Shown here one piece after another: positions 1-12,489 of a stretch of DNA of 64,000 nt (positions within the stretch are counted from its first letter, which is position 1; the number at the start of each line of letters is the position of its first letter). The position numbers and the translations under genes were made by a program. The DNA is taken from the NCBI RefSeq assembly GCF_006345805.1, contig NC_043016.1, positions 12,152,001 to 12,216,000 on the forward strand. Reading direction: 5' to 3'. The notes beneath the pieces were generated by a model. The model was not told the origin of the DNA. It did no database searches and was given only the letters and a program-made list of their open reading frames with translations. The DNA comes from Octopus sinensis. Its lineage: Eukaryota.

Positions 1-263
1 TCAGAGTGTAGTTGGTGCAAAAAGAAACCAACTTAATAAGTACTGGTTTCGATTTGTTCCACTAAACCAGTCAAAGGCAGTACCACACACAGCACTGCCA
101 CAGTCCAAGAACTGTAACAGGTAATTTTTGTGTACCTTTACCTAGACATCATGTGATGGTTGTGAAGGAGCATGATCATCATACAAGTGAGGTTGTTCAT
201 TTCAAGTTGTGCTTGGAAACAGGTGAGAGTTGACAACAGAATGACCCGGGTGTAGAAATATTT

Positions 264-625
264 CATCATCGTTTAACGTCCGCTTTCCATGCTGGCATGG
301 GTTGGACGGTTCAACTGGGGTCTGGGAAGCCAGAAGGCTGCACCAGGCCAGTCTGATCTGGCAGTGTTTCTACAGCTGGATGCCCTTCCTAACGCCAACC
401 ACTCCGTGAGTGTAGTGGGTGCTTTTTATGTGCCATCAACACAGGTGCCAGACGAGGCTGGCGAACGGCCACGCTCGGATGGTGATTTTTTATGTGCCAC
501 CGACACAGGTGCCAGACGAGGCTGGCGAACAGCCACGCTCAGATGGTGTTTTTTTATGTGCCACCGACACAGGTGCCAGACGTGGCTGGCGAACGGCCAC
601 GCTCGGATGGTGTTTTTTATGTGCC
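264..625 (-). mobile_element. RTE-tail (SINE-like) copy with internal ~62-bp tandem expansion
   Basis: CATCATCGTTTAACGTCCGCTTTCCATGCT... tail plus three GTGCCACCGACACAGGTGCCAGACGAGG units. Confidence 0.85.
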
Positions 626-871
626 TCAACAAATTCTGTCTGACTCATGCAAGCATTGAAATGCAGATATTAAATGATGATGATGATGATGAGGTACAAT
701 GAACTGTCACAGTAGAAGAAATACCTTTTGTTAGGTTAAGAGTGATAAAATTCAAGAATGCATGCAATTAGCATTTCCCACAGAATATAGTAAACAGATC
801 AGTACAAATATATACAAAGGAAAAAAACCCCCAGCTAAATTAAATAAAGGATTGTTGATTAAAATACATAC

Positions 872-961
872 ATAAGCGAAATGTCCAACCAGTCCACAAT
901 TGGAGCAATAAACCCTTGGGTTACAACGAGATGGCGTCTTCATAATAGGTCCTTCTCTGGT
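872..961 (-). CDS. ZCCHC7: ZCCHC7/Air1-2-like, coding exon 7 (TREGPIMKTPSRCNPRVYCSNCGLVGHFAY; 5th zinc knuckle). Gene continues beyond the left edge.
   Basis: Minus-strand cttcag| acceptor and |gtatgt donor; 90 nt, phase 0-0. Contains the start of a CX2CX4HX4C knuckle and resembles the ZCCHC7 KTPSR...YCxxC segment. Confidence 0.9.
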
Positions 962-1084
962 CTGAAGATCACATTGACATAAAAAAAAAAAAAAAAGAAA
1001 TAAAAACATTAGATAAAATTTGCCAGATTCTCCAACAAAACATTCTTTTCACAACCAGCTTTTCAAGTTTTCAATTCCCCATTA

Positions 1085-1430
1085 CTCTTTTACTTGTTTC
1101 AGTCATTTGACTGCGGCCATGCTGGAGCACTGCCTTCAGTCGAGCAAATCAACCCCGGGACTTATTCTTTGTAAGCCCAGTACTTATTCTATCGGTCTCT
1201 TTTTGCCGAACCGCTAAGTGACGGGGACATAAACACACTAACACATACATATATATATATATATACATATATACGACAGGCTTCTTTAAGTTTCCGTTTA
1301 CCAAATCCACTCACATGGCATTGGTTGGCCCGGGGCTATAGCAGAAGACACTTGCCCAAGATGCCACGCAGTGGGACTGAACCCGGAACCATGTGGTTGG
1401 TTAGCAAGCTACTTACCACACAGCCACTCC
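1085..1430 (-). mobile_element. tRNA-headed SINE family (GGAGTGGCTGTGTGGTAAG...). Further copies at about 26600, 39555, 40270, 48250, 50430, 52540 and 62930.
   Basis: Recurrent GGTTCAGTCCCACTGCGTGGCA-CTTGGGCAAGTGTCTTC core with an internal (TA)n/(CA)n segment. Confidence 0.8.
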
Positions 1431-1863
1431 TGCAGCTATAGTTTAAAATTTTTAAGTATTTAAGCCTTTAACATCAGATTATTTTGTTAAGTAATTTGCA
1501 AAGGAAACAGCAGTGTCACTGGGCACGCACGCACACGTGTGTGTGTGTGTGTGTCTTCCATCACCATATGACAACTGGTTCTGGTTTGTTTACATCCCTG
1601 TAACTTAGCAGTTCAGTATCAGAGTTCAACAAAATAAATACCAGTTTAAAAAAAAAAAAAAGTACTAGGATAAATTTGTTTGACTAAAACTCTTCAAGGC
1701 AAGAGCCCCAGCAGTCTAATCACTGAAACAAGTAAAAGATGAAGGACTATTTCCGTCAGCTTAAAATAAACTAAATTCTGAATGTAACGAAAAAGTTTCA
1801 CTATAAAGTTCATTTTTCTCTCAATCACACACACAAAAAAAACAAAAAACAAATAGGACTTAC

Positions 1864-1899
1864 GGTCGCATGGTATCTTCTCCAAAGATCAGGGCATTC
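1864..1899 (-). CDS. ZCCHC7: ZCCHC7 coding exon 6 (ECPDLWRRYHAT)
   Basis: ttaaag| acceptor and |gtaagt donor; 36 nt, phase 0-0. Completes knuckle 4 and carries the Air/ZCCHC7 (I/L)WRxY motif. Confidence 0.92.
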
Positions 1900-2474
1900 C
1901 TTTAAGAAAAAAACAAAAAAAAAAAAAACGATTGAATTTCAAATTATTCATAACAAAATTTCAATGTCCTAATGAGTAAATAGTGAAACTTAACTTTTGT
2001 CATGAATCAATTATAAGAACAATAGCAAAAATATATGGTGTTTAGCACCAGGTCAACAACAATCATGTGGAATTATGATCAAAAGCTTCCAACCATGGCC
2101 AACCCATCTTTTTGGGGGTGTATGTAAGACTATCACTTACTATGTTCTTTGTAAAACTATTTTCTAGCCTTAACTAGTTTCAGTCATTAGACTGTAGCCA
2201 TTCTGGGCATGTTGAAGAATATTTTAGTCGAATGAATCAACTCCATTATTTTTTAGAGTCTGGTACTTATTCTATTGGTCTCTTTTGACAATGATGGGCC
2301 TCTCTCAGTTTCCATCCACCAAATCCACCCACAAGGCTTTGGCCAGCCCAAGGTTCTGGTAGTAGACATTTGCCCAAGGTTCCATGCAGGAGGACTGACC
2401 CAGAATCACATGGTTGGGAACCAAGCTTCTTACCACCCAGACTTGTCTATGACATCATCACCTGATACATAAAC

Positions 2475-2820
2475 CGGCCGATGCCAGCACCGCCTCAACT
2501 GGCTTCTCTGCCGGTGGCACATAAAAAGCACCATCTGAACGTCGCCAATGCCAGCGCCGCTTTGGCTAGCTTCCGTGCCGGTGGCACATTAAAAGCACCA
2601 ACCGATCGTGGCCGATGCCAGACCCCACCTGGCACCTGTGCAGGTGGCACGTAAAAAGCACCCACTACACTCGCGGTGTGGTTGGCGTTAGGAAGGGCAT
2701 CCAGTCGTAGAAACACTGCCAGATCAGACTGGAGCCTGGTGCTGCCCCTGGCTTCCCAGACCCCGGTCGAACCGTCCAACCCATGCTAGCGCGGAAAACG
2801 GATGTTAAACGATGATGATG
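2475..2820 (+). mobile_element. RTE-tail (SINE-like) copy
   Basis: Same family; ends GTTAAACGATGATGATG. Confidence 0.85.
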
Positions 2821-3286
2821 GGCCTGCCCAGTTCCCGCTTACCAATTCCACTCACAAAACTTTGGTCAGCCAAGGTCTTATAGCATAAGACACAGTAGAA
2901 CTGAACCAAAATAATTAAGAACTCTACAGCATATGTCAAATAGAACTAATTATGATGATTACAAGAATTTAACCGAAATGGAAACAAACGAAATATTCTG
3001 TTGAATGTTTTATATGAACTTCAGAAGGCTTTACAAGTTGAGAGTCAAGTCAGGAGGTTCATCCTCAGCTTGGCTGCCACGACTGTGCAGTTGTCAACAT
3101 CTCAACTAAGGATGAATCTCACAGTAGACTGTCAACTCTGCAATAAAAAACACAATATTTACTTTTGTCTAAATTGCATCTTTTGACACTTGGCTTTAAC
3201 CGAAGAAGAAAAAAATGCAAAAAAAAAAAAAGAAAAGAACGGGATTTAGCTAATACAAAGGACAAAGCTGATACCAAGTTTGAATA

Positions 3287-3700
3287 TCATCATCATCGTT
3301 TAACGTCCGCTTTCCATGCTAGCATGGGTTGGACGGTTCAACTGGGGTCTGGGGAGCCCGAAGGCTGCACCAGGCCAGTCAGATCTGGCAGTGTTTCTAC
3401 AGCTGGATGCCCTTCCTAACGCCAACCACTCCGAGAGTGTAGTGGGTGATTTTAAGTGCCACCGACACAGGTGCCAGACGAGGCTGGCGAACGGCCATGC
3501 TCGGATGGTGTTTTTATGTGCCACCGACACAGGTGCCAGACGAGGCTGGCGAACGGCCATGCTCGGATGGTGTTTTTATGTGCCACCGACACAGGTGCCA
3601 GACGAGGCTGGCGAACGGCCACGCTCGGATGGTGTTTTTTTATGTGCCACCTACACAGGTGCCAGACGAGGCTGGCGAACAGCCACGATCGGATGGTGTT
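3287..3700 (-). mobile_element. RTE-tail copy with four ~62-bp internal units
   Basis: Highly similar to 264-625. Confidence 0.85.
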
Positions 3701-3804
3701 ATATGAAGACGAAAAAAAAAATTGCACCAAGATTTAATACTAAATTAGGGATGTGATTTATATGAGTGTGTGTATAGAATTATGTATATGTATATACTTA
3801 TCTG

Positions 3805-4085
3805 TGGAGGCGCAATGGCCCAGTGGTTAGGGCAGTGGACTCGCGGTTTCGATTCCCAGACCAGGCGTTGTGAGTGTTTATTGAGCGAAAACACCTAAAA
3901 GCTCCACGAGGCTCCGGCAGGGGGTGGTGATCCCTGCTGTACTCTTTCACCACACTTTCTCTCAGTCTTTCTTCTGTTGGCCTGCTTGTTTAGCCAGCAG
4001 GGTGGCGTCATTTGAAGCGCATTGTGACCAGCGATGTGTAACAACATCTGATGGTCTGGTCGGTCACGCGATCACATGATATACT
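3805..4085 (+). mobile_element. tRNA-derived SINE
   Basis: Head TGGCCCAGTGGTTAG (A box) and GTTTCGATTCC (B box), followed by a non-tRNA body. Confidence 0.75.
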
Positions 4086-4624
4086 TATCTACATACATGC
4101 ACACTACCCAGTTTTAAGTTCTATACCAGATGTATTCTATTATTGTTATATTACCATTCATACACACACATGTTTAATGGAACACACACGGAATTTGGAT
4201 CAAGTTAGTGAAAAGTTGTGCCAAGAACAGAAAATATCAAGTTAGTGAGTGATAGATTAGGATTGAAGATTAAATCATTATTTAGATCTCACAGATTTAA
4301 TTAAATCAATGCAAAACAAACATAAGAATCTTCATGATACAGTTTCTTTAACATTTGAAGAGACATGGAATAATTTGTTTCTAGCACAGGTAGAAGACCC
4401 GATATTTTAGGAGAGGAGAATAAATGATTATATCAACCCCAGTATTTGACTGGTAATTGGATTTTACCAAACTCAGAGAGAGAGAAAGGCAAAATTGAAC
4501 TTTGTGAAATTTGAATAAGGAAAAATAAAGAGAAAAATAAAGCAAAGTTTTTTTTTACCCAATTCTACATTGATTTTGAAAATCCAATAAAAATATCTTT
4601 AAAAAATCAGTTTCATTTACTTAC

Positions 4625-4798
4625 ATGATACATATGGCCCTTCATGTCACATCGGGAACAGTGTGCATTATAAGGGCGTTTGCATGCATTGCAATCACGA
4701 GTAAAATGTCCAGGGCATTCACAGTTAAAGCAAATACTATCTGGGCACTCATGGCTTTTGTGTCCTAAAATTCCACAGAGATAACATACAGGTGGTTT
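4625..4798 (-). CDS. ZCCHC7: ZCCHC7 coding exon 5 (KPPVCYLCGILGHKSHECPDSICFNCECPGHFTRDCNACKRPYNAHCSRCDMKGHMYH)
   Basis: tttag| acceptor and |gtaagt donor; 174 nt, phase 0-0. Encodes knuckles 2 and 3 and most of knuckle 4. Confidence 0.95.
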
Positions 4799-7079
4799 CT
4801 AAAATTTAAAAAAGAAGAGAAAAGAATGCAAAGAATTTTGAAAAAGAAGAAGAAAAAAAAGAATATATTTTACAGTTTGATTCTCTTAAACTATCTTTTA
4901 AACATCTAGAACTTAATTATGAAGTAAAACTATTTTAGAGTCATATTCGTTTGGCAAGTATTTTGAAATAAGAGCTGTTTTAAAAATGAACGAATTATAG
5001 AATAGAAAAGACATTTTAACCGTTTAAAGAAGCACAGAAAAAAAACAAAACTGCTGCAATCACCTCATTTTATTTCTTAATAGTACCACAAATTATGGTA
5101 ATTTTAACATTTATTTTTCCATGCTGGCATTATTTTTAGAACTGCATCATGCCCCTGTCTCCATTGCTACCTCTAACTTTCAAATGAATAATCTCTTATA
5201 CTCCATGTCTTTGAAAGTGCAAAGCCATCTAACAGTTTGTTGACAGGGGTACTGACCACATCACTACTTATAGCTCAGATTTTCAGAAAAACAAATACAT
5301 ACATGCACAAGCATGCATCTGCATATATATATATATATATAGGACATTTTGACAGGCCTCTCAGTCTTTGACAATCAAACCCACTTGCAAAACTGGTTAG
5401 CCCAGGGTTACAGTAGAATATACTTGGCTAAAGTACCATAGAGTGGGACTGACCTCGAAGCCATGTCTGTGAAACAAACTTTCTTTAACCACAAAGAATG
5501 CTTGTGCTTATGTAATGTAAAAGAAAAAAAAAAGATAAAATTTGGTCAATGAAAAATTCAAATTACAAACCCAAGTAGTGGAATTATATAAGCAATAAGA
5601 TTGTAGAAGTCTGAAAACCTTTGGAGGTTTCATAATATAGACAGTACTATTTAGAAACAAAATAACTAAATTGAACTGTTTAATATTCAGATTATTTTGT
5701 CAGATGTAATGCTTATGTATTCACATTGTTTCGAATTAATCAAGCATTATCTCAAAGCTTCGTGAGTTTAGTGCTGTGATTGTTTATTTTTACAATATCA
5801 TTGTAGGATAGATGTGAAAGACTAAATCTGGCTTCATCATGATCATCATTTAACATCTGTTTTCCAAGCTAAGATGGGTTGGATAGTTCGACAAGAGCTA
5901 TTAATGCCACGGGCCACAGCAGGCTTCACTGTTTTGGCATGGCTTCTATGGCTGAATGCCCTTCCCAACACCAACCACTCCACAGAGTGAAATGGGTGCT
6001 TTTTTATGTAACACCAGCACCAGTGCTTTTAACAGGTAGAATATTAGAGCCAGGTATGGATAGCTTAAATGCAAAAAGGGTTAACAGTATCTCTGTTCTT
6101 AAAAATGGTTAAAAAAAGATTAAAGTAGTCTGTGATGTAATTGCTGAAAAAAAAGTAGAGAGTCAGAAAATTAAAGTGAAACTTAAGAATAAAGAGTTTG
6201 ATAAAATCTCCAATTTTATATTCGTTTTTCATGTCAAAGAAATTTGCAGAAGTAAAATGGGACCAATTTTACAGGCAGATACTTTACTCCTTTACTGACT
6301 CCAGCATGGAAGTTGCAGCCATGGTAGGATACAGTCATTTACAATATATTCACTATATTTCTGACATTTCTTATATCAAGGGAAAATGGCTGTGTCCATA
6401 GCTTTTATTTATTCAAAGCCTTAGAGATATCTGGTGACGTTAATGAGGTAAAAGGTGAAGAAAATTGACAAGGAAGGGGTTCTAACCAGACTGGAGTGAG
6501 GAAGAAGAATTGGTCAACATGCTTATTAAATGGGGTTTTGGTGGTGAAGTAAGAGAAAGGGTAGAAGAGGTAAATATGTTACATGCTTCAGTTGGGGAAA
6601 CTTGAAGACCGTCATATTCAAAAGAGCAAGGATCTTTTTAGCAGCAGGAAAGAGCAGATGGCTAAAATGACAGGCTAGGGATCACAGTTCCCATACCTTA
6701 GGAAACAAGAATTTGTAAGAGGAATATTTGTTAGGAGGGGGTGGGGTGGGGGGGCAATTTAGGAACAATGCACAAAGTAGGCTACACTGTGTGAACATTG
6801 AGAAACGAATTTCCCACACCTGACAGTTTTAGACATTGCATGGGGATAAGAGGGTTGAAAAAAAAAAAAACCCAGCTTAGAAAGGGAACTCCAGAGTTGA
6901 CATATTGTAGTTTTCATTTCCTGTTAAGGTAATGGAGTTGGGGACCAACATGTAACAAAAGTGAGTATTCAATTATAAAGGGATGCCTACACAGATTGTA
7001 TTAGGGACATGAAGCAGCATAGTTCCAACAGAAGCATGATTCAACTGCTCCTAGGACCAGAATATAAAAGGATACTAAA

Positions 7080-7376
7080 CACATCCGAATCGTGGCCGAT
7101 GCCAGCGCCGCCTCGACTGGCTTCAGTGCCGGTGGCATGTAAAATGCACCAATCTGACCGTGGCCATTGCCAGACTCCCCTGGAACCTGTGCAGGGGGCA
7201 TGTAAAAAGCACCCACTACACTCACGGAGTGGTTGGCGTTAGGAAGGGCATCCAGCCATAGAAACACTTCCAGATAAGACTGGAGCCTGGTGCAGCCTCC
7301 TGGCTTCCCAGATCCCCGGTCGAACCATCCAACCCATGCTAGCATGGAGAACGGACGTTAAACAATGATGATGATG
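7080..7376 (+). mobile_element. RTE-tail copy. Others at about 5840-6030(-), 15137-15380(+), 38644-38930(-), 45785-46200(-), 49590-49815(+), 58180-58322(+), 59180-59480(-) and 63190-63450(+).
   Basis: Shared GAGTGGTTGGCGTTAGGAAGGGCATCCAG core and GAT tail. Confidence 0.85.
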
Positions 7377-7588
7377 ACAGCACTTTAATAATTCCATACA
7401 AGAAGGAGGTGGGGGTCAAATAGAAATAAAGACACTTAGGTGCATGTGAATATATGTTGGGCTACCAATAGACAAGAAATAAATTTCGTATATTTATCAT
7501 TAGCAATTAATGACATTTTAACACAAACATCAAAAATATTTAATAAGTGTTTGCTTTATAGATGGGTAAAATATTGAGAAATAAGTAC

Positions 7589-7692
7589 CATTTGCCGACA
7601 ATCTCTGCTAAGATGACCAACAAGGGAACAGTTACCGCACTTGAAGGTCTTTGTCAAAATAGGGTCTTCAGCACTCTTTTTATCTTCCTTCA
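7589..7692 (-). CDS. ZCCHC7: ZCCHC7 coding exon 4 ([V]KEDKKSAEDPILTKTFKCGNCSLVGHLSRDCRQM; knuckle 1)
   Basis: attag| acceptor and |gtactt donor; 104 nt, phase 1-0. Intact CX2CX4HX4C and in frame with the flanking exons. Confidence 0.88.
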
Positions 7693-9050
7693 CTAATCAG
7701 TTAAAAGACAATGTTTCAATATAGTAAACATAAATATAGTTTGGGAATGATTTTTCTTTTTACTGTACAAAAGCTTCCTGTCACAACAGAGTTCAAATAC
7801 TAATTTATGGTAGATGTAACATATTTTGTACCCAGATCAGAAAGCCTGGAAATCTTAAAGCTCAACCCAAGTTTAACCCAGAAGATAAAAAAAATTAAAT
7901 TAAAATCATTTGTGTACATGTGTTTGTATATACATATGTATACACAATTGCGTATGCATACATATATAAATATATATGCAATTTCTTCTATAGTCATTTC
8001 CAAAAGCCTTGTAAAAAAAGATTAATTTTTAAGTACAAATTTAATGTTATATACATTCTCTACAGCATGTTTATGTACAAGAAACATGAATTGATGCTTG
8101 CTATGGGATTTAGTCTAGAACAATTTCTCCGAAATGCTTTGCTGTTAAAAACACATGCTCCGAATGATGTCAGCAGAGTCAGACACCTGAGTTCTGGCAT
8201 AATTTCACCTCTTCAGCTTTTAGAGTTAGCAAAGCAAGGAATTTCTATCAGTTGAGTCCTATAAAGGAACAAAAGTCTCTAGGTAGGGACAAAATAACTG
8301 AGGAAGTATTTGACATTGAGCAGGTGAAAAACACCCCAGATGTCATTTCGAGCAGGTTTTTAACAGAAAAAGTTCTTGAAAAGTTATTCTCTGAGTCTGA
8401 ACCCTGCCGCAAGTATCGTTCCATGTTTGTTTCATATGTGCTACAGATAATGTACACAGTTTTGATCTCTGCTGTTTCAAGTGCATAAACTGATTTAACT
8501 ACAAATGTAATTTAAAATTTTAAAATTTTAACCCTTCTGTTGCCATATTTCTGTTTAAATATATTGCCTTTGATTCATTTAATCCTGAAAGTAACAAAGA
8601 ATTTAGAAAAATAACTTGGGTCGTTATTAGGCTACTGTTTAGGACACAAATTAACATGAAATTTTAATGGAAGAAGGTTTTAATTTGGATCAATTTAAAA
8701 CAGAAAAGGTATCAACTCAGAACAAAGGGTGGTCTCATGTAGGTTAAAAATCAAATGGACTAAATATGAACACTCTTAAAATGACTATGTATCATAGTCA
8801 CAGACAGGTCAGTATCAAAAGGGCTAAAAAAGGGAGCAAACTAATATTTGAAGTAAACTTTAACAAAATAAATAAATAAATTGCATAACTAGTATTTTAA
8901 GTCATAAAATAAAGGTTTCATTTTCCAGGAGGAACATTCTCAAACATCTTAGAATGGACAAAGGATTTTAATACAACTGCATTTAAAACTACATTCTGCA
9001 AACTGGAATGAAATGATGAATTATGCAAGAGCCCTAACTCAAACCATATT

Positions 9051-10257
9051 CAGGGGTTGGTCAAAATAATGGAAACACCTAGCATCATAATTTTGAAATA
9101 TCTATAAAACTGTCGAAAGCTTGTTTATTTTTATGATGTTTTTTTATTTATTATTAGTGTTGCTAAAATTGCTGATTCTTTTCAGATATCATCAGAAAAA
9201 GGCAATTAAAATTCATTAAAATGACAGATCTATCAGACTTTCAAAGAAGTCAAATTGTTGGTGCTTGTATGGCAGGCACTAGTGTAACGAAAACAGCCGA
9301 AATGTTTGCTGTACCAAGAAGTACTGTCTCAAAAGTAATGACAGCCTTCGAGAAAGAGGGAAAAACCTCCTTGTCTAAACAAAACTCTGGAAGAAAGCCA
9401 AAACTGTCAGGGATCGTTGGACAATTATGCAAATTGTTAGAAAGGATCACAAAAGTACAGATCCCCCCATTACTGCAGAGCTTAATGACCACTTCAAGAA
9501 CCTAGTTTCCACAAAAACTGTTCACTGGGAGCTGCACAAAGCCGGATTACATGCAAGGGCTGCAATCAGAAAACCACTACTTTCAAAAGCAAACATTGCA
9601 AAGCGTTTAAAGTGGAGTAAAAACCTACAGAATTGGTCCCTAGGGCAGTGGAAGAATGTTATTTTCTCGGACAAGTCATCCTTTACCTTATTTCTGACCA
9701 CCAGCCAAAAGAAGCATTTGACCCAGACTGCCTTCTTCCACCTGTGAAACATGGAAGATCTGTGATCTTGGAAATCTGCCGGCCCAATGGTTTCCCTTCA
9801 TGGCAGAATTAATAGTCAAGACTAATTAAGCATTTTATCTGATCAAATTCATCCTGTGGTTGCAGAACGGTTTCTGGAGGGAAACGCAATCCTTCAGGAT
9901 GATAATGCACCGATTCACACAGCTAAAGTTGTTACTGAATGGCACAAGGAACATTCTAGTGAAGTTGAACATCTTATCTGGCCACCACAGTCCCCGGATC
10001 TCAATATTATTGAACATTTATGATGCATTTTAGGAAAACAAGTAAGGAGTTGATATCCTCCACCATCATCACTACAAGAACTGGAGACTGTTTTAGCTGA
10101 AGAATAGACAAAAATTCCTTTGGAAACAATTCAAACTTTGTACTAGTGCATACCTTGTAGAATTCAAGCTGTAATTACTGCCAAAGGCGGTACTACCCAC
10201 ATTAAAATAAATTTGTTTGAAATTTTAAGGTGTTTCCATTATTTTGTCCAACCCCTG
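9051..10257 (+). mobile_element. Tc1-family DNA transposon, full length (1207 bp), transposase disrupted
   Basis: 30-bp TIRs CAGGGGTTGG(T/A)CAAAATAATGGAAACACCT, 29/30 identical; TA on the right flank. Paired-like HTH start at 9221 and IFSD, LQDDNAPIH and SPDLNIIE motifs, broken by frameshifts and stops. Confidence 0.95.
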
Positions 10258-10689
10258 TATAGTGATTTCCCCTCACGCCACTATGTTTATACATTCCATC
10301 TATCTATTATGTTATAAGCCATCAGGGCCCATTGATGATGTCTTGCATTTGCAAGAACATGGTTAACAGATTATGAGGTGTCACTTTGCATTAGAAGTAA
10401 TTTGTTATTTGAGTGGACACGAAATGAAAGACACAATGTGCCAATGGATCTGAGAATTGAACCCACAATCTTACAATCATGAGGTTGAAAACGTTTTGTT
10501 TTTTAATGATATTACCAAATTCAAATACACACGTACCAATTACAGTTTGACCGAAACAGGTGAGCCACAAAGTTCCAGTCGGATCTGGCAGTGTTTCTAT
10601 GGCTGGATGCCCTTCCTAACGCCAACCACTCATAGTGTAATGGGTACCAATGCCACATAAAATACAAATTCAAATACACACGTACCAAT

Positions 10690-11285
10690 TACTGGAGTAA
10701 TATTTTTCTTGAAACTAAGAGTACCACCACCACAGAATATTTTTTAATTCTGTTAAGAAAAAAAAAAGTGCTTTGTCTGGAATTTATATGGATTATTCGT
10801 CATTGTTCGACCGTGGTTGAGACAATGGAATTTACCATGCTACGCCAGACTTCACAGTCCATCATAGCATTACGGAGGTCCTGTTGCTGGATGCCTGTAT
10901 CCCTGGAGATTACATCAGGGTAGGAGAGTGTGCGCCCTCTGGAATCACGAGTAGATGGCTTCCAGAGGAGAAGAGTGGAAATTACCTCTTTTTCAGCTCT
11001 ACAACAATGTCCAGCAAACTGAACTCTTCTACTTTTCACAAGAGATGACACAGGTGGTAGTTTCCCATATATTTGTACTTTGGTTGGATGGCGCTTCCAC
11101 GAGAGATTTTGAGCTCTCATAAGGAGGCAAGTGTAGGTTCCATCCAACCGCCTCTCAAGCTTCTTTGATAACGTCCAGGTTTCTGAGCCATATAGTAGAA
11201 TTGGTTCGACTGTGGCTTTGGAGATTTTAAGTTTGAAGTCTCTACTTAGATTTGATGACCAGATCTTATGCATGTCATGGATTAT
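10690..11285 (-). mobile_element. 5'-truncated RTE-clade LINE, C-terminal ORF fragment
   Basis: ORF 10800-11273 contains ILLYGSETWTL...RRVQFAGHC...GR, typical of the region after the RT domain in RTE elements. Confidence 0.85.
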
Positions 11286-11867
11286 TAACCTTATCTGTCT
11301 TTAGAAAAGCCATTACCTGAGCTTAACTTTATTTGCTATATGCACCCCTAACAGCTGACCTTGATCTTGTGACAAGGGTAGTAGGGTCAGCTAGGAAACA
11401 CACATGCAGAGCATTAATAAACACTATAAATTAATGACTATTTCATATAACTGGCTGAAACCCTTTAGCCTTCAAATTATTCTGTCAAAAGCAATGCTTA
11501 TGCATTCACACCGTTTTTGATTTAATCAAGCTTTATCTCATAGCTTTGAGATTTCAATGATGTGATTCTATATTTTTAGAATGACATTGTATGGTATGTA
11601 TGAGGGGCCAGTTTATGATCTGGCTAGTTTAAACATAAAGCAAATAGATTTAAGAGTCAAGCACAGAGTTCAGGGCCCACTAATTTTCACAATAGCTGGT
11701 TGATAAGAGATTTGATCTCAGCTTAAACATACTTTCATTTCTTAACTACTTCACATGTTCATCTATTTGTATTATTGGTATAAAAAAAATAACCTTTCAA
11801 TAACTTGGAAAGAACCCTCCCCTCCAAGAAAAAAAAAAGAAGCCATTTGTTGAAATTCAATACTCAC

Positions 11868-11930
11868 CCTTCAGCCTCATTAGTGGTCTATTTACTGCTG
11901 AATTATCTTTTTCTAAAGACCTCCAAAATG
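11868..11930 (-). CDS. ZCCHC7: ZCCHC7 coding exon 3 ([T]FWRSLEKDNSAVNRPLMRLK)
   Basis: ctttcag| acceptor and |gtgagt donor; 63 nt, phase 1-1, open frame that links exons 2 and 4. Confidence 0.72.
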
Positions 11931-12489
11931 CTGAAAGGTAAGCAGAACAAAAAAAGTTACAAGAAAATAAATCTAAAAATGTAATGCTGTACCTGATGAA
12001 ACCCCTTCTTCACAGAAAGAAGCTTACTTAAAAGCAACAGTAATAACAAATGGCAATCTTTACATCCAACTGAACAGGGATGTTGTGTTAGAACACACAA
12101 TACTGCATTACTTATCTTGAGAGAACCTCTCATAGGGATTTGTGGTGCATAAAAACACTCCAATTTATATCACTGATAGACAAGAATTGTCTGCTATAGC
12201 TGCTGGAACTACCAAATCATGTGATTTCACTGCTTTGCACTCCTCAGTGGCAGATGTCTGGTAGCAATGCAGTATTTGGTGTTCTAGCAAAACATGCATG
12301 TTAAGTTGGACATAAAGATTGCCTAATTTAATACTTGCACTCATACACTTGATATTCCACCTGCAATGCAGTCGTTTTAGACATGGAAATTTTTTAATAC
12401 ATTTAAGATTTAAAAGAAAAAAAATTGCGTCTTGTACACCAGCATACATGGTATTCAGATTTGCGTATGGCAGTTGTACAGGTACAACA

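Noticed and set aside
289-3756. 137-aa and 146-aa ORFs (MLAWVGRFNWGLGS...) and similar ORFs elsewhere
   Set aside because: They are translations of the RTE-tail repeat and recur at every copy. They have no splice context and no recognisable domain.
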